The position numbers and the translations under genes are program-made. Of a stretch of 64,000 nucleotides of DNA, positions 1 through 11,729 are shown one piece after another. The stretch lies in assembly GCA_950097015.1 (NCBI GenBank), contig CATNEN010000011.1, positions 124,001-188,000 of the forward strand, in the 5' to 3' direction. The DNA comes from Macrostomum hystrix. Its lineage: Eukaryota > Animalia > Platyhelminthes. The notes under the pieces were generated by a model. That model did not search any database. It was not told where the DNA came from and saw only the letters and a program-made list of their open reading frames with translations. The first letter of the stretch is position 1. Each line of letters begins with the position of its first letter.

Positions 1-9
1 TAATTTCAG

Positions 10-1524
10 TTGCTGTCATCGTGCGTGCGTCGCCACTTGCGTCTCCACCCTCTGCTGGGGATGTCTGACGCGCCGGCTCGGGCGGACGCCTTGTGCAAGA
101 AGCGATATTCTGCAAAGTATGGGTGCGATAAATGTTACATTCAGACGACTCTTCATCCATCTGGATCTGGCCGAGTATTCAACGTCGTCATCACGCCGGC
201 GATGCTCAATGAAGCTGCTCGATACGGATGCGTGCAAACCGCTGTCCGGTCTATGACCGACACGTGCACTCTCGCTGATCACCATGCAGCACACGTCCAC
301 GACGCGAGGATGGACACGCTGGGTGTTCGCGGACATTCGCCTCTTGGCGAATTAGCCGGCTTTGACTTCGTACGGGCCTGTCCGCCATGCTATCTACACA
401 AGCTGTGTTCTGGCCTTGTGCGCATGATGCTATACCAACTCTTCCTGGTGCGACACGACAAGCCGGACCGCGGCGCCACGAACTGTCCAGATCTGCACAG
501 CCGTATCCCAGAGATTGATGCGCGTCTAGAAAGGCTCCGTTTGCCACGCTGTGTGCAGCGCCGGAGCGTGCGACCTCTTGTGGAACTCCGACACGCCAGA
601 GGACACGAATTGGAAATGTTTATTCTCATCTTTGGGCCTCTGGTTCTTCGTGGCTTTCTCCCCGACGCACACTATCAACATCTGTGTCGTCTGTCATCCT
701 GCGTTTTCTTGATGACACTTGAAGGAGGGCCAAGGAGCGAGTTGCGCCACGTGGAGATCGCTCTACGGCACTTTCATTCAATTCTGCGGCGCATGTACTC
801 CCTAAGGGCTCTAACCTACAACGCACATCAGGTTTGCGCTCACATGGTCCCTAGCGTTCAGCTTGGGGGTCCACTGTATCGGCTGTCAACGGGGCTCTTC
901 GAGACAATGCATTCGCGCCTCCGCCGTCGTGTTCACGGCTTACGGCGAAAGGACGTCGAACTGGTGGGAGCAGTAGAGCGCGAATTCGCCACTTTGCAGA
1001 CGAGGTTGGTCATTCAGGCCAACATCGTGCCTGATCATCCGCAACCGACGACCATGCGTCGTACGGAGACCTGTGAACTCGACGGTGTCGTCTTACGACG
1101 CCCGATCGGCCTCCTAAATGGTTGGCACAGTGCTACACTGCCTTCCGGTTGGCACTTCGACGTGTTCGAGCGACGTCAGGCTGAGTTAGAACCACAGTTT
1201 CGTTGGCGTCTGGAATCGTGCTTTGTCGCAATTGTAGGCCGTCGACCTACCGAATTAATTTTCGGGTGGGTCGAAGGTCTGCAATTAGTGATGGCCGACG
1301 TCCTAGCAGATCTCGTCCTGCTGCGGGTTCTGGAACCAGAGACGGACCCATTGGAAGCTCTGGCTGCTATTCCGTCAACGTCGCAAAATCGAGGCTGTGT
1401 TTGCACATATACGGAGGCTGGCGTGCGACCCTTTTGTCAACCAGCTAGACGGGCATCAGACAATGCGTGTCCGACTTGCCGACATCATTGGCACGTGCAT
1501 TCTGTCGGACACACGTCGCTCTAA
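10..1524 (+). CDS. EnSpm/CACTA-like (CMC superfamily) transposase of the outer element; 5' part probably lies left of the window
   Basis: Motifs DAPARA-x4-K-x5-GCDKC, YLHKLCSGLV, YNAHQVCAH and GPLYRLSTGLFE parallel the two complete transposases at 4127-6259 and 13321-15378. The ORF starts right after a splice-acceptor-like TAATTTCAG at 1-9. Confidence 0.8.
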   Translation: MLSSCVRRHLRLHPLLGMSDAPARADALCKKRYSAKYGCDKCYIQTTLHPSGSGRVFNVVITPAMLNEAARYGCVQTAVRSMTDTCTLADHHAAHVHDARMDTLGVRGHSPLGELAGFDFVRACPPCYLHKLCSGLVRMMLYQLFLVRHDKPDRGATNCPDLHSRIPEIDARLERLRLPRCVQRRSVRPLVELRHARGHELEMFILIFGPLVLRGFLPDAHYQHLCRLSSCVFLMTLEGGPRSELRHVEIALRHFHSILRRMYSLRALTYNAHQVCAHMVPSVQLGGPLYRLSTGLFETMHSRLRRRVHGLRRKDVELVGAVEREFATLQTRLVIQANIVPDHPQPTTMRRTETCELDGVVLRRPIGLLNGWHSATLPSGWHFDVFERRQAELEPQFRWRLESCFVAIVGRRPTELIFGWVEGLQLVMADVLADLVLLRVLEPETDPLEALAAIPSTSQNRGCVCTYTEAGVRPFCQPARRASDNACPTCRHHWHVHSVGHTSL

Positions 1525-2009
1525 TGCCGCACCCCCAGACTGGCTTTGAGTAAGGACATTGCACCCTCTTCTATTTCTTTGACCTGTCAATGTTTTCGAA
1601 AGATGTATAGTTGCTGTATAACGCATATTTTCGCGACCCCACACGTGTCGACACGATCGGCGATCAATAACTCTGCTGTGTACGTTTGCGTGTCGTCATG
1701 CATAACCTTCCATATTCTGCTCTGCACTCACGCAGGCGACGTCTTGCAAGTACACAAACAAGTTATATCAGCTATTTATAGTCATTTGTGACAATTTAAA
1801 TAGCTACTGACTTGCTTCTCTCTCTTGGTGCAACGCCACCTGTTCTGCTTCCAATTCGACGATGAAGCTGATTCGGATGCTAACGACTGCGTTAACTGCT
1901 GTGGCACATAATTCCAGAAATTCTGCTGGTCGACCAGCCAATTTCGATCGAAATTATTTCAACTTTCAATAACCTATGGACTTCAACGATGGCTGCCGCG
2001 ACGAAGCAT

Positions 2010-2275
2010 TGTAGGGGATTGGTTCCCAAAAAAAGGGAAAGAGCGAGGCGGTGGTTTTCTCTTTTGTTGATTATCAATGAGAGCGTGAGCTCGAAGGGTT
2101 GAAGAAAATGACGTCGATGGTGGCTCTATATTTATAGATGAAAACATGCATTTCCGGAAAATTCTAGAAAGTTGCAAGAGTTATAACAAAGCTAGTGCAA
2201 TACAGTTTAAGTAACTCTAATATTGTAGCGCGTGATGATGTTATTTACATGGATGATATTTGATTATAGTTATTA
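2010..2275 (-). mobile_element. Left half of a split Ty3/gypsy solo LTR
   Basis: Begins TGTAG at 2010 and from about 2045 closely matches the LTRs at 32483-32872 and 36668-37057. Preceded by GCAT (2006-2009). Confidence 0.88.
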
Positions 2276-2368
2276 CTAGCAAGTTTTGCCCCCCTTCGGG
2301 GAGCAGAAATACTTTTAATTCGTCTAGTATATACTTTTTAGCAGCTGAATTTACAGCTTTTTAAAGCT

Positions 2369-2758
2369 ACAATGAACCCCCAGTTGACAATGATCCCCCC
2401 GTTGATGATAATCTCCCAGTTGATGATGATCCCCCAGTTGACAATCATCCTCCAGTTGACAATGATCCCCCAGTTGACAATGATCCCCCAGTTGACAATG
2501 ATCCCCCAGTTGACAATGATCCCCCAGTTGACAATGATCCCCCAGTTGATGATGATCCCCCAGTTGATGATGATCACCCAGTTGAAAATGATCCCCCAGT
2601 TGACAATGATCCCCCAGTTGACAATGATCCCGCCCGTTGACAATGATCCCACAGTTGACAATGAACCCCCAGTTCACAATGATCCCCCAGTTGATGATGA
2701 TCCCCCAGTTGACAATGATCCCCCAGTTGACAATGATCCCCCAGTTGACAATGATCCC
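2369..2758 (+). repeat. 18-bp minisatellite (ACAATGATCCCCCAGTTG), about 21-22 copies
   Basis: Directly visible tandem array; it explains the repetitive ORFs (QLGDH, DNDPPV, WGIIVN) in several frames. Confidence 0.95.
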
Positions 2759-2764
2759 AATGAT

Positions 2765-2874
2765 GATTCAAACTCTGGTTTAGCCATGATTCAGACTCTG
2801 GTTTAGCCATGATTCAGACTCTGGTTTAGCCATGATTCAGACTATGGTTTAGCCATGATTCAGACGCTGGTTTA
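2765..2874 (+). repeat. 23-bp tandem repeat GATTCAGACTCTGGTTTAGCCAT, left part
   Basis: About 4.8 copies; the fifth copy is cut by element A and resumes at 9612. Confidence 0.93.
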
Positions 2875-4126
2875 CCCGCTTGGCAAGTTCACGTAAGGCG
2901 AACGTAACATTTTGGTAAATAATTTTTACGAACATTTTACGAAGCAAATTGGGGGGTTTACTAACCTAAAATGGAAAATCATGGGAAGGGATAAACCAGA
3001 AAGTATACATTGTTTCTGACATGTATGTGGTTGATGCTCTAACCATTAATTAAATTTTGGTAATTTTGTTACGTACCATTTACGGAACTAGTTTCCACAA
3101 TTAAACGTAAACTTTCGAAAAAAATAACGAATTACTATTTATCACGGACTATTCATTTAAAAATGCTTTTAAAATACTTACATGTTGCCTAAAGGCACCG
3201 GAATTTAGTCACAATATCAGTGTCATGGATGGTATTTTTTTGAGAAAAGCAAATCGTAAAAAATTCGTACTTTCTTTACTTAAAAAAATCGTACTTTTTG
3301 TTCAGATATTTTACGTTATTAATTTTTAATATATACAGAATGTACTTAAATTGAATCATTTATATTTAAATGGGTTAATTTGGTCTTTTGTAGAAACACC
3401 AGGACTTAATCGAGGAATGACACGTCTTTTTATATGCTATTAAATAAGTTAAGGCTGCCGAAAAATGTTAAACATGGTCGGATAAAAAGTAAAGCTTCGG
3501 TAGTTAAAAAAATTAAGCATAATAAGCAACGTAATTTTGTATCAAATATTATATATTTTTATGTCTTTTAAAAAAGAATTTCAATAATGACATTAATGCG
3601 CAATACTTTATCTTTTTATTTGAAGTTTTATCTAAGCCAAAAATTGGTCTAGAAACTTTTGTTATAGCATGTGTTCCGTGTTCCTCATGTTAATTTAAAT
3701 TTTCAGCTGCGACCACCTCCTTAACTGACTCAACTGTTTTGGGTGTTTTATTAGGTTTGTCAGTGTTATTATATATTATATATATACAACATATTGTCAT
3801 ATATGTGTATAGCATTTTTTTATATTTGTATAAATTAACTTTTTCATCCCAAATTCATTTTCTAATTTTTAAGATCAAATAGTTTGCAATTTTTTTATAT
3901 TTATGTGCTTCTAGGCTTGGTTACAATTTGAAAGTTAAAGTTTTGTAAAGTTATTTAAGACTTTTGTACTAATATCAAGCTAAGTAATACTTAATATACC
4001 TAAGTACCTAAGTAATACTAAATATATATATAATATATATTGCATTTTATCAATTTGCAGCTACGCAGTCATGGAAATGGATGATGATCCTGAGGACTGG
4101 CATATATCAGACTCCTCAATATCAAA

Positions 4127-6259
4127 TTGTCAATTTATGACACAAACAACAGACAAAGCTGCAGGCAAGCCACCTTTTTTGGCAGTTCACCATCATCACC
4201 CAGTGGTTTTTCATCAGATACATTGAGCAGCAATTTAGATCATGAGCATGAAGCTAAAAACCATGAATCATCACTAGACTCAGATGCCAGTTCATGTCCA
4301 AGTTCCTTGCCACTACCAGTTCAGAAGAACAATTACAACCAAAGTGCAGAGCAAGCTTTGGCAGATAGCTTGTCATCTACTTCTAGAGGCGACTTCATGG
4401 CCATGGGCCAACATTGGCAATACTCCTCATCAGAGAGCATTTATGGTTTCTCTTCAGATTTTGAAGCTGATGCTGTATTCCAAGCTGCCTCATTAGAGGC
4501 AGATCTGGTAGAGTACTGGAGAAATTCAAAAATCACTAGGTCAAATATGACAGAGCTACTGAAGGTGCTTCAACGATATCATCCCCATTTGCCAGGTGAT
4601 GCAAGAAGCTTAGAATCGGATTTAGCCGACAACAATGAGAAGTTGCATGAAATTAGGACTGTCATGCCAGGCAAGTACATTCATTTTGGCATTGAGGCTG
4701 GACTACAGTCTATACTGCAGAATTTGAAGCTTGAAGAAAGACAGGTACTGGATTTAATACTCCATATTGATGGTGTCTGCATCTACAAAAGCGTTCAGAA
4801 GGAATTTTGGCCTATATTAGTATCAGTAAAAGGAGTTGACACATCAACTTTTGTTGCTGGCATATATCATGGTTTCACCAAGCCTGATTGTCCTAATGAT
4901 TATCTTGCTGAGTGTGTGAAAGAATTGGAAAGTCTACTAACTAATGGAGTTATTATTGGCAAGAAAAGTTTCATCATTCAGATTTCACACATTGCTTGTG
5001 ACTCAATGGCAAGGGCATTCATAAAAAATATCAAGTATCCAACTGGGTACTTTGCATGTGACCGCTGTGTGACAGATGGAAAGAGTGAAGATGGTAGCAG
5101 GCGTTTCTTGGAGCATGATGCAATTCGCCGTACAGACAAAGATTTTAGAAGCCAAGTACAAGCTGAGCATCATCGTGGGACTTCACACATTGCAACACTA
5201 CCATCTATTGATTCGGTTATGGATTTTCCAAATGACTACATGCATTCGGTCTGCCAAGGTGTGATTCTGAGGATGCTAGAGTTGTTACGAGACAAAGACA
5301 GTGCATTGAGACTCTCTCAAAAAGGACTTCGTGAATTAAATGCCGACATAATTGAGTCCAGAGACTATGTGACGATTGACTTCCAAAGGCGGCCTCAAAG
5401 TCTAAACCTGCTGTCAAAGTGGAAGGCATCAGAGTTGCGATTTTTTGGCTTGTATATTGGCCATTTCATTGTCAGCAAATACAGGCCTGAAGTAGGTGAA
5501 CAACTGCGCTATCTTTCGGTAATAATGCGAATTTTGTGCCATCCAACTCTTTGCCAGACTGCTGGAGCCTATGCACATGATTTGGTGATGTCATTTTTGA
5601 ATAATTGTCAGGCAGAATTTGGTGCCAGGTTTATGACACTCACTGTTCACTCACTGATCCATCTCGCTGAGGACTGTCAGGCAAGAGGTCCTGCCGACAG
5701 CTTTAGTTGCTTTCAATTTGAAAGCTTTTTGCGGTTTGTGGTGAGTTCTATCAAGTCCTCTAAGAAACCATTGGAGCAATTCAGCAACTTTGTTAAAAGA
5801 AATGGCCAGCATCTAGGTCAGGCAAAGCTGCATCTACAGACTTCTGGTGTGTCTCATGCAGCGCATTGTGTCTCAAAGCCACTCGAGGCTGACCAACTAC
5901 AAGGCAAAATTGTTGTTGGATTTGCATGGAAGGACTTTGATCGGCTTTACCGCTGCTTGAAACTCGAGTCTTTTTCTATTGACTGCTCAAATGTGAATCG
6001 CTATGTGCTAACTAAGTCTGATTCAGTACTGATGCTAAGATGTATTGCTGTTCTAGATGACCAATTTTATCTGATTGGCAATGAGCTTTCAAACAAGTGC
6101 CCAGCATTTGAGTCGCCTCTTTCATCTGAAGCAGTGGACATCTACAAAGGAGATCGATTTCAACATCAGCTGAAAGCTATTCCACTCAGCAACCTAAAGT
6201 GCAAGATGCTTCGCTATAAAAACATATTTATTTCCCTGCTTCATACCTACCGTCTGTAG
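4127..6259 (+). CDS. EnSpm/CACTA-like transposase (element A); true start codon uncertain
   Basis: HIDGV..WPIL, CDSMARAFIK..PTGYFACDRC, DYMHSVCQGV, WKASELR, TVHSLIHL and GPADSFSCFQFESF motifs in an uninterrupted 710-aa frame. Confidence 0.88.
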   Translation: MSIYDTNNRQSCRQATFFGSSPSSPSGFSSDTLSSNLDHEHEAKNHESSLDSDASSCPSSLPLPVQKNNYNQSAEQALADSLSSTSRGDFMAMGQHWQYSSSESIYGFSSDFEADAVFQAASLEADLVEYWRNSKITRSNMTELLKVLQRYHPHLPGDARSLESDLADNNEKLHEIRTVMPGKYIHFGIEAGLQSILQNLKLEERQVLDLILHIDGVCIYKSVQKEFWPILVSVKGVDTSTFVAGIYHGFTKPDCPNDYLAECVKELESLLTNGVIIGKKSFIIQISHIACDSMARAFIKNIKYPTGYFACDRCVTDGKSEDGSRRFLEHDAIRRTDKDFRSQVQAEHHRGTSHIATLPSIDSVMDFPNDYMHSVCQGVILRMLELLRDKDSALRLSQKGLRELNADIIESRDYVTIDFQRRPQSLNLLSKWKASELRFFGLYIGHFIVSKYRPEVGEQLRYLSVIMRILCHPTLCQTAGAYAHDLVMSFLNNCQAEFGARFMTLTVHSLIHLAEDCQARGPADSFSCFQFESFLRFVVSSIKSSKKPLEQFSNFVKRNGQHLGQAKLHLQTSGVSHAAHCVSKPLEADQLQGKIVVGFAWKDFDRLYRCLKLESFSIDCSNVNRYVLTKSDSVLMLRCIAVLDDQFYLIGNELSNKCPAFESPLSSEAVDIYKGDRFQHQLKAIPLSNLKCKMLRYKNIFISLLHTYRL

Positions 6260-6403
6260 AGCTCAGGATGTTTGAAATTTGAAGAAAAAATGAATTTTCT
6301 TCAACCACCCCAGAACTCTCTGTCTGATTTCTGTTCTTTGCATGGTTCAAGTCCTACTAATCCTTTGCAATTATAATAATAGTAATTATAAAAATGTTCA
6401 TTA

Positions 6404-6671
6404 CAGTGTTGCCACCCCAGTGAATTTTAATTGCTGGGCAATTTTAAATAGCTGAGTGATTTTTTGTCATATTCAGCAAATTTCAGTGATTTTTTTTTCT
6501 GAGGGTAAGAATCATGAGATTCTGGGGGTAAGAATAGTGAGATTCTGGGGGTAAGAATCCTGAGATTCTGGGGGTAAGAATCATGCTCAAAACAATGTTT
6601 TTTTTTCAAAGTAGCTGTGATTTTTTATTGCCAATGCAATTTTTGTGAGCCAAGAGTCGGTGGCAACACTG
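6404..6671. mobile_element. hAT-type MITE inside element A
   Basis: 13-bp TIR CAGTGTTGCCACC / GGTGGCAACACTG; flanks GTTCATTA and GTCCATAA (6/8 match to an 8-bp TSD); internal 23-bp tandem repeat TGAGATTCTGGGGGTAAGAATCA. Confidence 0.8.
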
Positions 6672-7064
6672 GTCCATAACATGGGAGGACTAGTTATGAT
6701 TCTGCAAGATTGATATTTTAAATACTGTTTTTATTTATTGTTGCATATGCTCACTTATAAATGCCTGAAGATTTATTCATGTTTAAAGTCATTCTTTTGT
6801 TAAAAGATATCAATAAAATCAATTGACAAGTTGGGATTCTGTGCAATTAATATTTTGAATCAAGTTTTTATTGATTTTTGTGTCTGCTCATTAATGCTTA
6901 TATTATCTTTAGTACATTATTCAGTATAGAGAAAATCTTAGACTAATTTGGATGCTTAGATAAATGCTTAAGATTGGTTTGAAATTCTCAAAATGACTTT
7001 AGTATAATCCACTAGAAAATTATTTGTTTTATAACATGCTCACATTTAAATTTCAGTTGCAACA

Positions 7065-8585
7065 ATGAAGTTCATCATATGCTTTAAGGATGACAAACAA
7101 ATAATTGAGGCCCCTGCCTCTGCTTGCAAATTCGAGGCGCCGTATTCCAACTACCAGTTGGATCAGTGGAGAAAAATTGACCCAGTTGCACTTGTTCAAC
7201 TCAAATGCTCTTACCAAGACCAAGCTTATGACGCCGTCCTTCTACAGGTAGTTGTGGACGACAGAGAGGATGTTTCCCAGACAGTGGATCGTCTGAGATG
7301 CATTCAGAGAGACAAGAACAAATCAGCTCGCTCGATGGTCAAAGTCTGCAAAACACGTGTTTGTGTTGGCAAGCGAACTAACATAGCTGCTCAAGTTTCT
7401 TCAAGCTCAGAAGCGGAGAATGCACCTCCAGCGAAGCTTTCAGCTCAGGAGCCAGGCGAGTCAACAGTGAAAAAGGTACCTCCTCCAGCAGTACCTGACT
7501 ACCTACAAAAGACTACTACTAAAGCGCAGTCCCAGCAAATCAAATCAGCTTGTAGTGCTCCGCACCTGCGCGAGGACAATGCTGGTGGCGAACGTGCTGT
7601 CAATGAAGGGAGCAGATCCAATACTCCGCGGCAGCTGCGCGACGACAATGCTGGTGGCGAACGTGCTGTCAATGAAGGGAGCAGATCCAATACTCCGCGG
7701 CAGCTGCGCGACGACAATGCTGGTGGCGAACGTGCTGTCAATGAAGGGAGCAGATCCAATACTCCGCGGCAGCTGCGCGAGGACAATGCTGGTGGCGAAC
7801 GTGCTGTCAATGAAGGGAGCAGATCCAATACTCCGCGGCAGCTGCGCGAGGACAATGCTGGTGGCGAACGTGCTGTCAATGAAGGGAGCAGATCCAATAC
7901 TCCGCGGCAGCTGTGCGACGACAATGCTGGTGGCGAACGTGCTGCACGCAATGCAGGCAACTGTGCCAGTTGTGGCAGGTCAGCTGTGCGCGACGAGTTG
8001 ATGATGGACTTGCTGGCCACAGTGTTAAGCAATCAGGACAAAATTATGCAGTCGATGCGTTCAGGTCAGGCTGCCCATAGACAGGAAGTCAATGATGAGC
8101 TTCCAAGGGTGCCAGCGTTCAAGCGCGCTAACTCTCGTGAAGATCTAGAAGCAGTACTTGCTGACAAGAGCGCGGCAGTCAGCATCGTCCAGCGCATGGT
8201 TGAGGTGCGACGCCCATCATTTGTTTCTACACTACATCATATGCTCCTGGAAGTGGCCCCTGCTTCCGTTTGGAGCAAGTACAGCCGAGATGGAAAAAGA
8301 AAGAAGCGGTGTGCAAAGGACATTGGAATCGTTGAACTGCTTGTAAAAGCAATTAAGCTGCAAAGCCCCGGAGGTCAGATTAACGAGGTTAAACTTCACA
8401 AGAACGTCCTCAGAAAGCTGGGCGACGCGCTGAAGAGCATGCCAAGCGAGGCCAGACGACACCAGAATCGACAGGAAGGCAACCAGCAGGATGAGCAGGT
8501 TGACCAGGCTGACCAGCAGGATGACCAGTCTTTTGTCGCTGACTCTAATACAAGCAGTGAAGGAGAAATAGAGGAGGAAGACTGA
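7065..8585 (+). CDS. Accessory protein of element A (DUF4806-like C-terminal region, internal 23-aa repeats, acidic tail)
   Basis: ATG preceded by acceptor-like TTTCAG. CASC motif plus coiled-coil, then a helical domain ending WSKYSRDGKRKK...LGDA, typical of accessory ORFs of animal EnSpm-like elements. Domain name is from memory. Confidence 0.65.
   Translation: MKFIICFKDDKQIIEAPASACKFEAPYSNYQLDQWRKIDPVALVQLKCSYQDQAYDAVLLQVVVDDREDVSQTVDRLRCIQRDKNKSARSMVKVCKTRVCVGKRTNIAAQVSSSSEAENAPPAKLSAQEPGESTVKKVPPPAVPDYLQKTTTKAQSQQIKSACSAPHLREDNAGGERAVNEGSRSNTPRQLRDDNAGGERAVNEGSRSNTPRQLRDDNAGGERAVNEGSRSNTPRQLREDNAGGERAVNEGSRSNTPRQLREDNAGGERAVNEGSRSNTPRQLCDDNAGGERAARNAGNCASCGRSAVRDELMMDLLATVLSNQDKIMQSMRSGQAAHRQEVNDELPRVPAFKRANSREDLEAVLADKSAAVSIVQRMVEVRRPSFVSTLHHMLLEVAPASVWSKYSRDGKRKKRCAKDIGIVELLVKAIKLQSPGGQINEVKLHKNVLRKLGDALKSMPSEARRHQNRQEGNQQDEQVDQADQQDDQSFVADSNTSSEGEIEEED
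7563..7944 (+). repeat. 69-bp coding tandem repeat, about 5.5 copies (QLRDDNAGGERAVNEGSRSNTPR)
   Basis: Near-identical units visible in DNA and protein. Confidence 0.95.
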
Positions 8586-8654
8586 CTGCTCTATATTGAC
8601 TGTACTGACTGTGCACAGCTGTGCCTCTGTTGTTGTTCCTCTCTGGCCCTCTTG

Positions 8655-8760
8655 ACTGTCTGTCTGCATGTATCTGTCTCTGTCTCTGTCTTTCTGTCTG
8701 TCTGCATGTATCTGTGTCTGTCCCTCTGTCTGTCTGTGTGTCTGTTCTGTCTGTCTTGTG
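8655..8760 (+). repeat. Degenerate (TGTC)n microsatellite
   Basis: Run of CTGT/CTGTCT units downstream of the accessory ORF. Confidence 0.85.
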
Positions 8761-9611
8761 TCCGGTTTTAGTCCGGCTCTTCATTCAGTCTAAACTGCCT
8801 AACTAATTAGAGCCAGATGAGATAAATCTGGGTGTAGCATTTTACTAGTAAACTAGTTTACTAAAAGGTAGTACTACTTGCTTCTCTACATTCAGTTTCT
8901 ACGTATCTATGTTCAGTTCTCTCATTTCCACTTTATGTAGTTCTGTTTGAACTCTTTTTCATTTCATACCGTAAAAGTTGTTGCCATCATTATGCTAATT
9001 ATTTACTTAAGTATTAATATTTTGCTGGCTCAAATTCCTACTTCCTGTACAGCTGGCAGCTCGGCTTATCGCAATGATGATCCTGCTGAAAATAGTAGTT
9101 TACAATTGTAACTTTGTAAGTAAATGATCCTGTTTTCAAATAATTCTCAATTTAAATAGTTCAGAAATAAATATAGCGTTGTCTAAATAAATAAAGCAAT
9201 ATAATTTTGTACCAAATAATCATGAGATCAGCAGTCTAAAAATCTTGAAAGTCTAAAATCTCGAAAATAGCTATATCAGGTCGTTGTCAATGCTTTGTCT
9301 TACTTATTTATTTTTGTCGCATTTCTATCAAGGGAAAAAGTGGGAATAAAAAGCTCCGTGATGTGACACCTCTGGGTGATTGATGGCCCACCGGCTGTAA
9401 CCCAGGATGGAACAGGGTTCACAGGGTTTATATGTAAATTTACGAAAATAGTTTCACGTATAAATGGTACGTAAAAGTTACCAAAAACGATTCGTAACAT
9501 TCACGTGAAAAATGATGAATATGGTACGTAAACATACGTATCATATTGGCAAAATAGGTTAAAAAAAAATTCGTATTTTTTTCGTAACTTTACGCAAAAT
9601 TGTCACGCGGG

Positions 9612-9665
9612 TTAGCCATGATTCAGACTCTGGTTTAGCCATAATTCAGACAGTGGTTTTGCTAT
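9612..9665 (+). repeat. 23-bp tandem repeat, right part
   Basis: TTAGCCAT, then one full unit, then one degenerate unit. Confidence 0.9.
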
Positions 9666-10255
9666 GCAAAAGTGAATTAAAAGTTTCCCCCTTTTTTTCA
9701 AAATTAAATAAAAATTTATCGCTTCGCATCCATCACTACTGACTGACAATTAGTTTAAATGATTTGACGCAGTGCAGAGTCGAACCAGGGACACTTCGCC
9801 TAGCCTAACCTATTCCTAGTGCCTACACATCGGCTATTCCGACTGTTGGTTAGTGGGTGCAAAAATCTGCCTTATAAAATGAATTCTCAAAGTTCTGGCT
9901 TTGTACAATGAAGTAAGAAAATAGAGTACACTCAGTCTCGCGGTTGGTTATTTATTTCCAATTTTGTCTCCAGAGTGCAGGCTTTAAATTCAATCAGCTA
10001 GGGGTTGTTGCGCAATTTGACGATGCAATTTCAATTCAGTGGCAGTGAGTGAAATTCTCAATAGGCCAAGATAGTTTGACCTTTGAAAAATGGTCAAAAA
10101 GCATGTTTTCGAATATTTAATCTCCTTAGCAATAAAGTTAAGCTTAATAAAAATACGTGTATAATTGTCCCCATATTTGGCATCTTTTGGTGAAGAAATG
10201 GTGAAAATCGGTTGAGCCGTTTGGGAGAAAATCAATTACAAGCAACCAAAGAAGA

Positions 10256-10396
10256 TGTGCTTTACAGATCATTCGTTCTTAGAGTGGAAAGAGTGGAAGT
10301 TTCTAGAAAAATATTGAAAAGTCAATTTGTAGTTTTACGGCGAATTTTCTGGAATGGCAAGTACGGTACGATGGAAGATCATGATGAGACGCTACA
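10256..10396 (-). mobile_element. Right half of the split solo LTR
   Basis: Continues the LTR where 2275 stops (TATTA|TGTG), ends GAGACGCTACA at 10396 and is followed by GCAT (10397-10400), giving a 4-bp TSD. Confidence 0.88.
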
Positions 10397-11729
10397 GCAT
10401 CACAAGACCTTTTTGCTGAGTTCAGGGGATCGTTTGTGAACTGTATGCGTCAAGTGGAGGCTGATCAGGCCTTCTTCTTTGCGAAGACAGCTGACGCCTC
10501 AAACGCAGCAGATGAAACCAACACGCTTTGTGAGCCTAACACTGGCGATTGGGTTCCTGCCCAATTCGTGTGCAGCACGGAGGCCACCGGGCATTCCGCA
10601 TGTGAGTCTGCGCTCACTCCCTAGTCCAAGGTCTGACGTTAGAAGCACGTTAGAAAAACGTTACAGGACGAACGAATTTCCGTTAGGTTTACGTTAGACT
10701 TTAACGTTAGTCTTTCCGTTAGTTCGGTCGTTAGACTAATGTTAGTTTTCCGTTAGAATTTTAACGTTACTTTATTCCACAATAACTGACTATAACCTAA
10801 CGGTTTTTTCCGTGCTGATTTTATACTATATATTTTTCATAACGCACCGTTGCCAATGCAACAAAAGTATTAATTGGAGCAAGAATAAGACAGTGAACCA
10901 AAATCATGCAATTAAACTGACCAAATAAATATTTTCAAATGTGTAATTCCACTAAGTTGTCCAATAAAGTGTGACAATTACTTTAAACATTGCAATATAT
11001 TTAGCTATTTAAATAGATACGGTAATAAAAAAATACTTCTAATAGAAACAGTGTAAGTTTCCTCAACCCACCGCCACTCGAATCTACTTCCCAGTTTTAC
11101 TCGAATGTAAAAATGTCTCCATTTTTTGGGTGTTGCGACTATCAATCTTTCCTTGAATTCACCGCCTCTCATCTTTGTTGAGTTTACCTGCACTCTTGTC
11201 CCTCTGTCAGCTTACTTCTCCATATGGCTGTCTCCTCGCATTCTCTCTTATTTTTCTGATTGGCTGCGGGGCCAGCCACCTCTTATCTCCTCGTTCCTCC
11301 TGGCCAACTATACATTTAATACATACAACAATACATAAGCTCAGTTTTTTATTCTTATTTTCTCGACACATAACACATAAAAGACCTACATCAAGTAATA
11401 CAAAAGATGGCAAACTAATGGGCGTCGTTGTGCCGCAAAAAGGGGGCGTTAAGTATAAGGCTCTCAAATATTATTAGGGGCGACAAGTATGAGGGCCCTT
11501 ATGTAACAAGGACAGTGGTTTGGTTAGCATTTCGGGGCGGCGCCCCCTAAATTCGGTCTTGGTTGCGCTGTCATTGTGGGAAGTAACGACCCCAGAAAAA
11601 ATGTGAGCAAATAAATGAAAAAGCGAATAGAACTGGAACAAAAAATACAGAAAAAATTATTAGGATGTTGATGGCATAAAAATCAAAGCATGATAATTAA
11701 GTCAACTATGTTTAAGGAAAAAATTGGGC

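Larger units (their letters stand above)
2875..9611 (+). mobile_element. Complete CMC/EnSpm-like transposon, element A (6737 bp)
   Basis: Termini CCCGCTTGGCAA and TTGTCACGCGGG (imperfect TIR), many TTACG/CGTAA subterminal motifs at both ends, apparent TSD TTA, and transposase plus accessory ORF inside. Confidence 0.85.
2276..10255. mobile_element. Non-autonomous Helentron/HINE-like element carrying two minisatellites (about 1.24 kb once element A is removed)
   Basis: Interrupts the solo LTR with no clear TSD. 5' end is (A)CTAGC plus hairpin CCCCTTCGGGG; the 3' region has AAATCGGTTGAGCCGTTT, which I recall as typical of such elements. Junction is ambiguous by 1-2 bp. Confidence 0.5.

Noticed and set aside
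2338-2810. Repetitive ORFs (QLGDH, WGIIVN, TMIPQL) as real proteins
   Set aside because: They are by-products of an 18-bp minisatellite that is open in several frames on both strands.
2765-2874. 23-bp repeats as a CRISPR array
   Set aside because: The units are head-to-tail with no spacers, there are no cas genes, and the context is eukaryotic.
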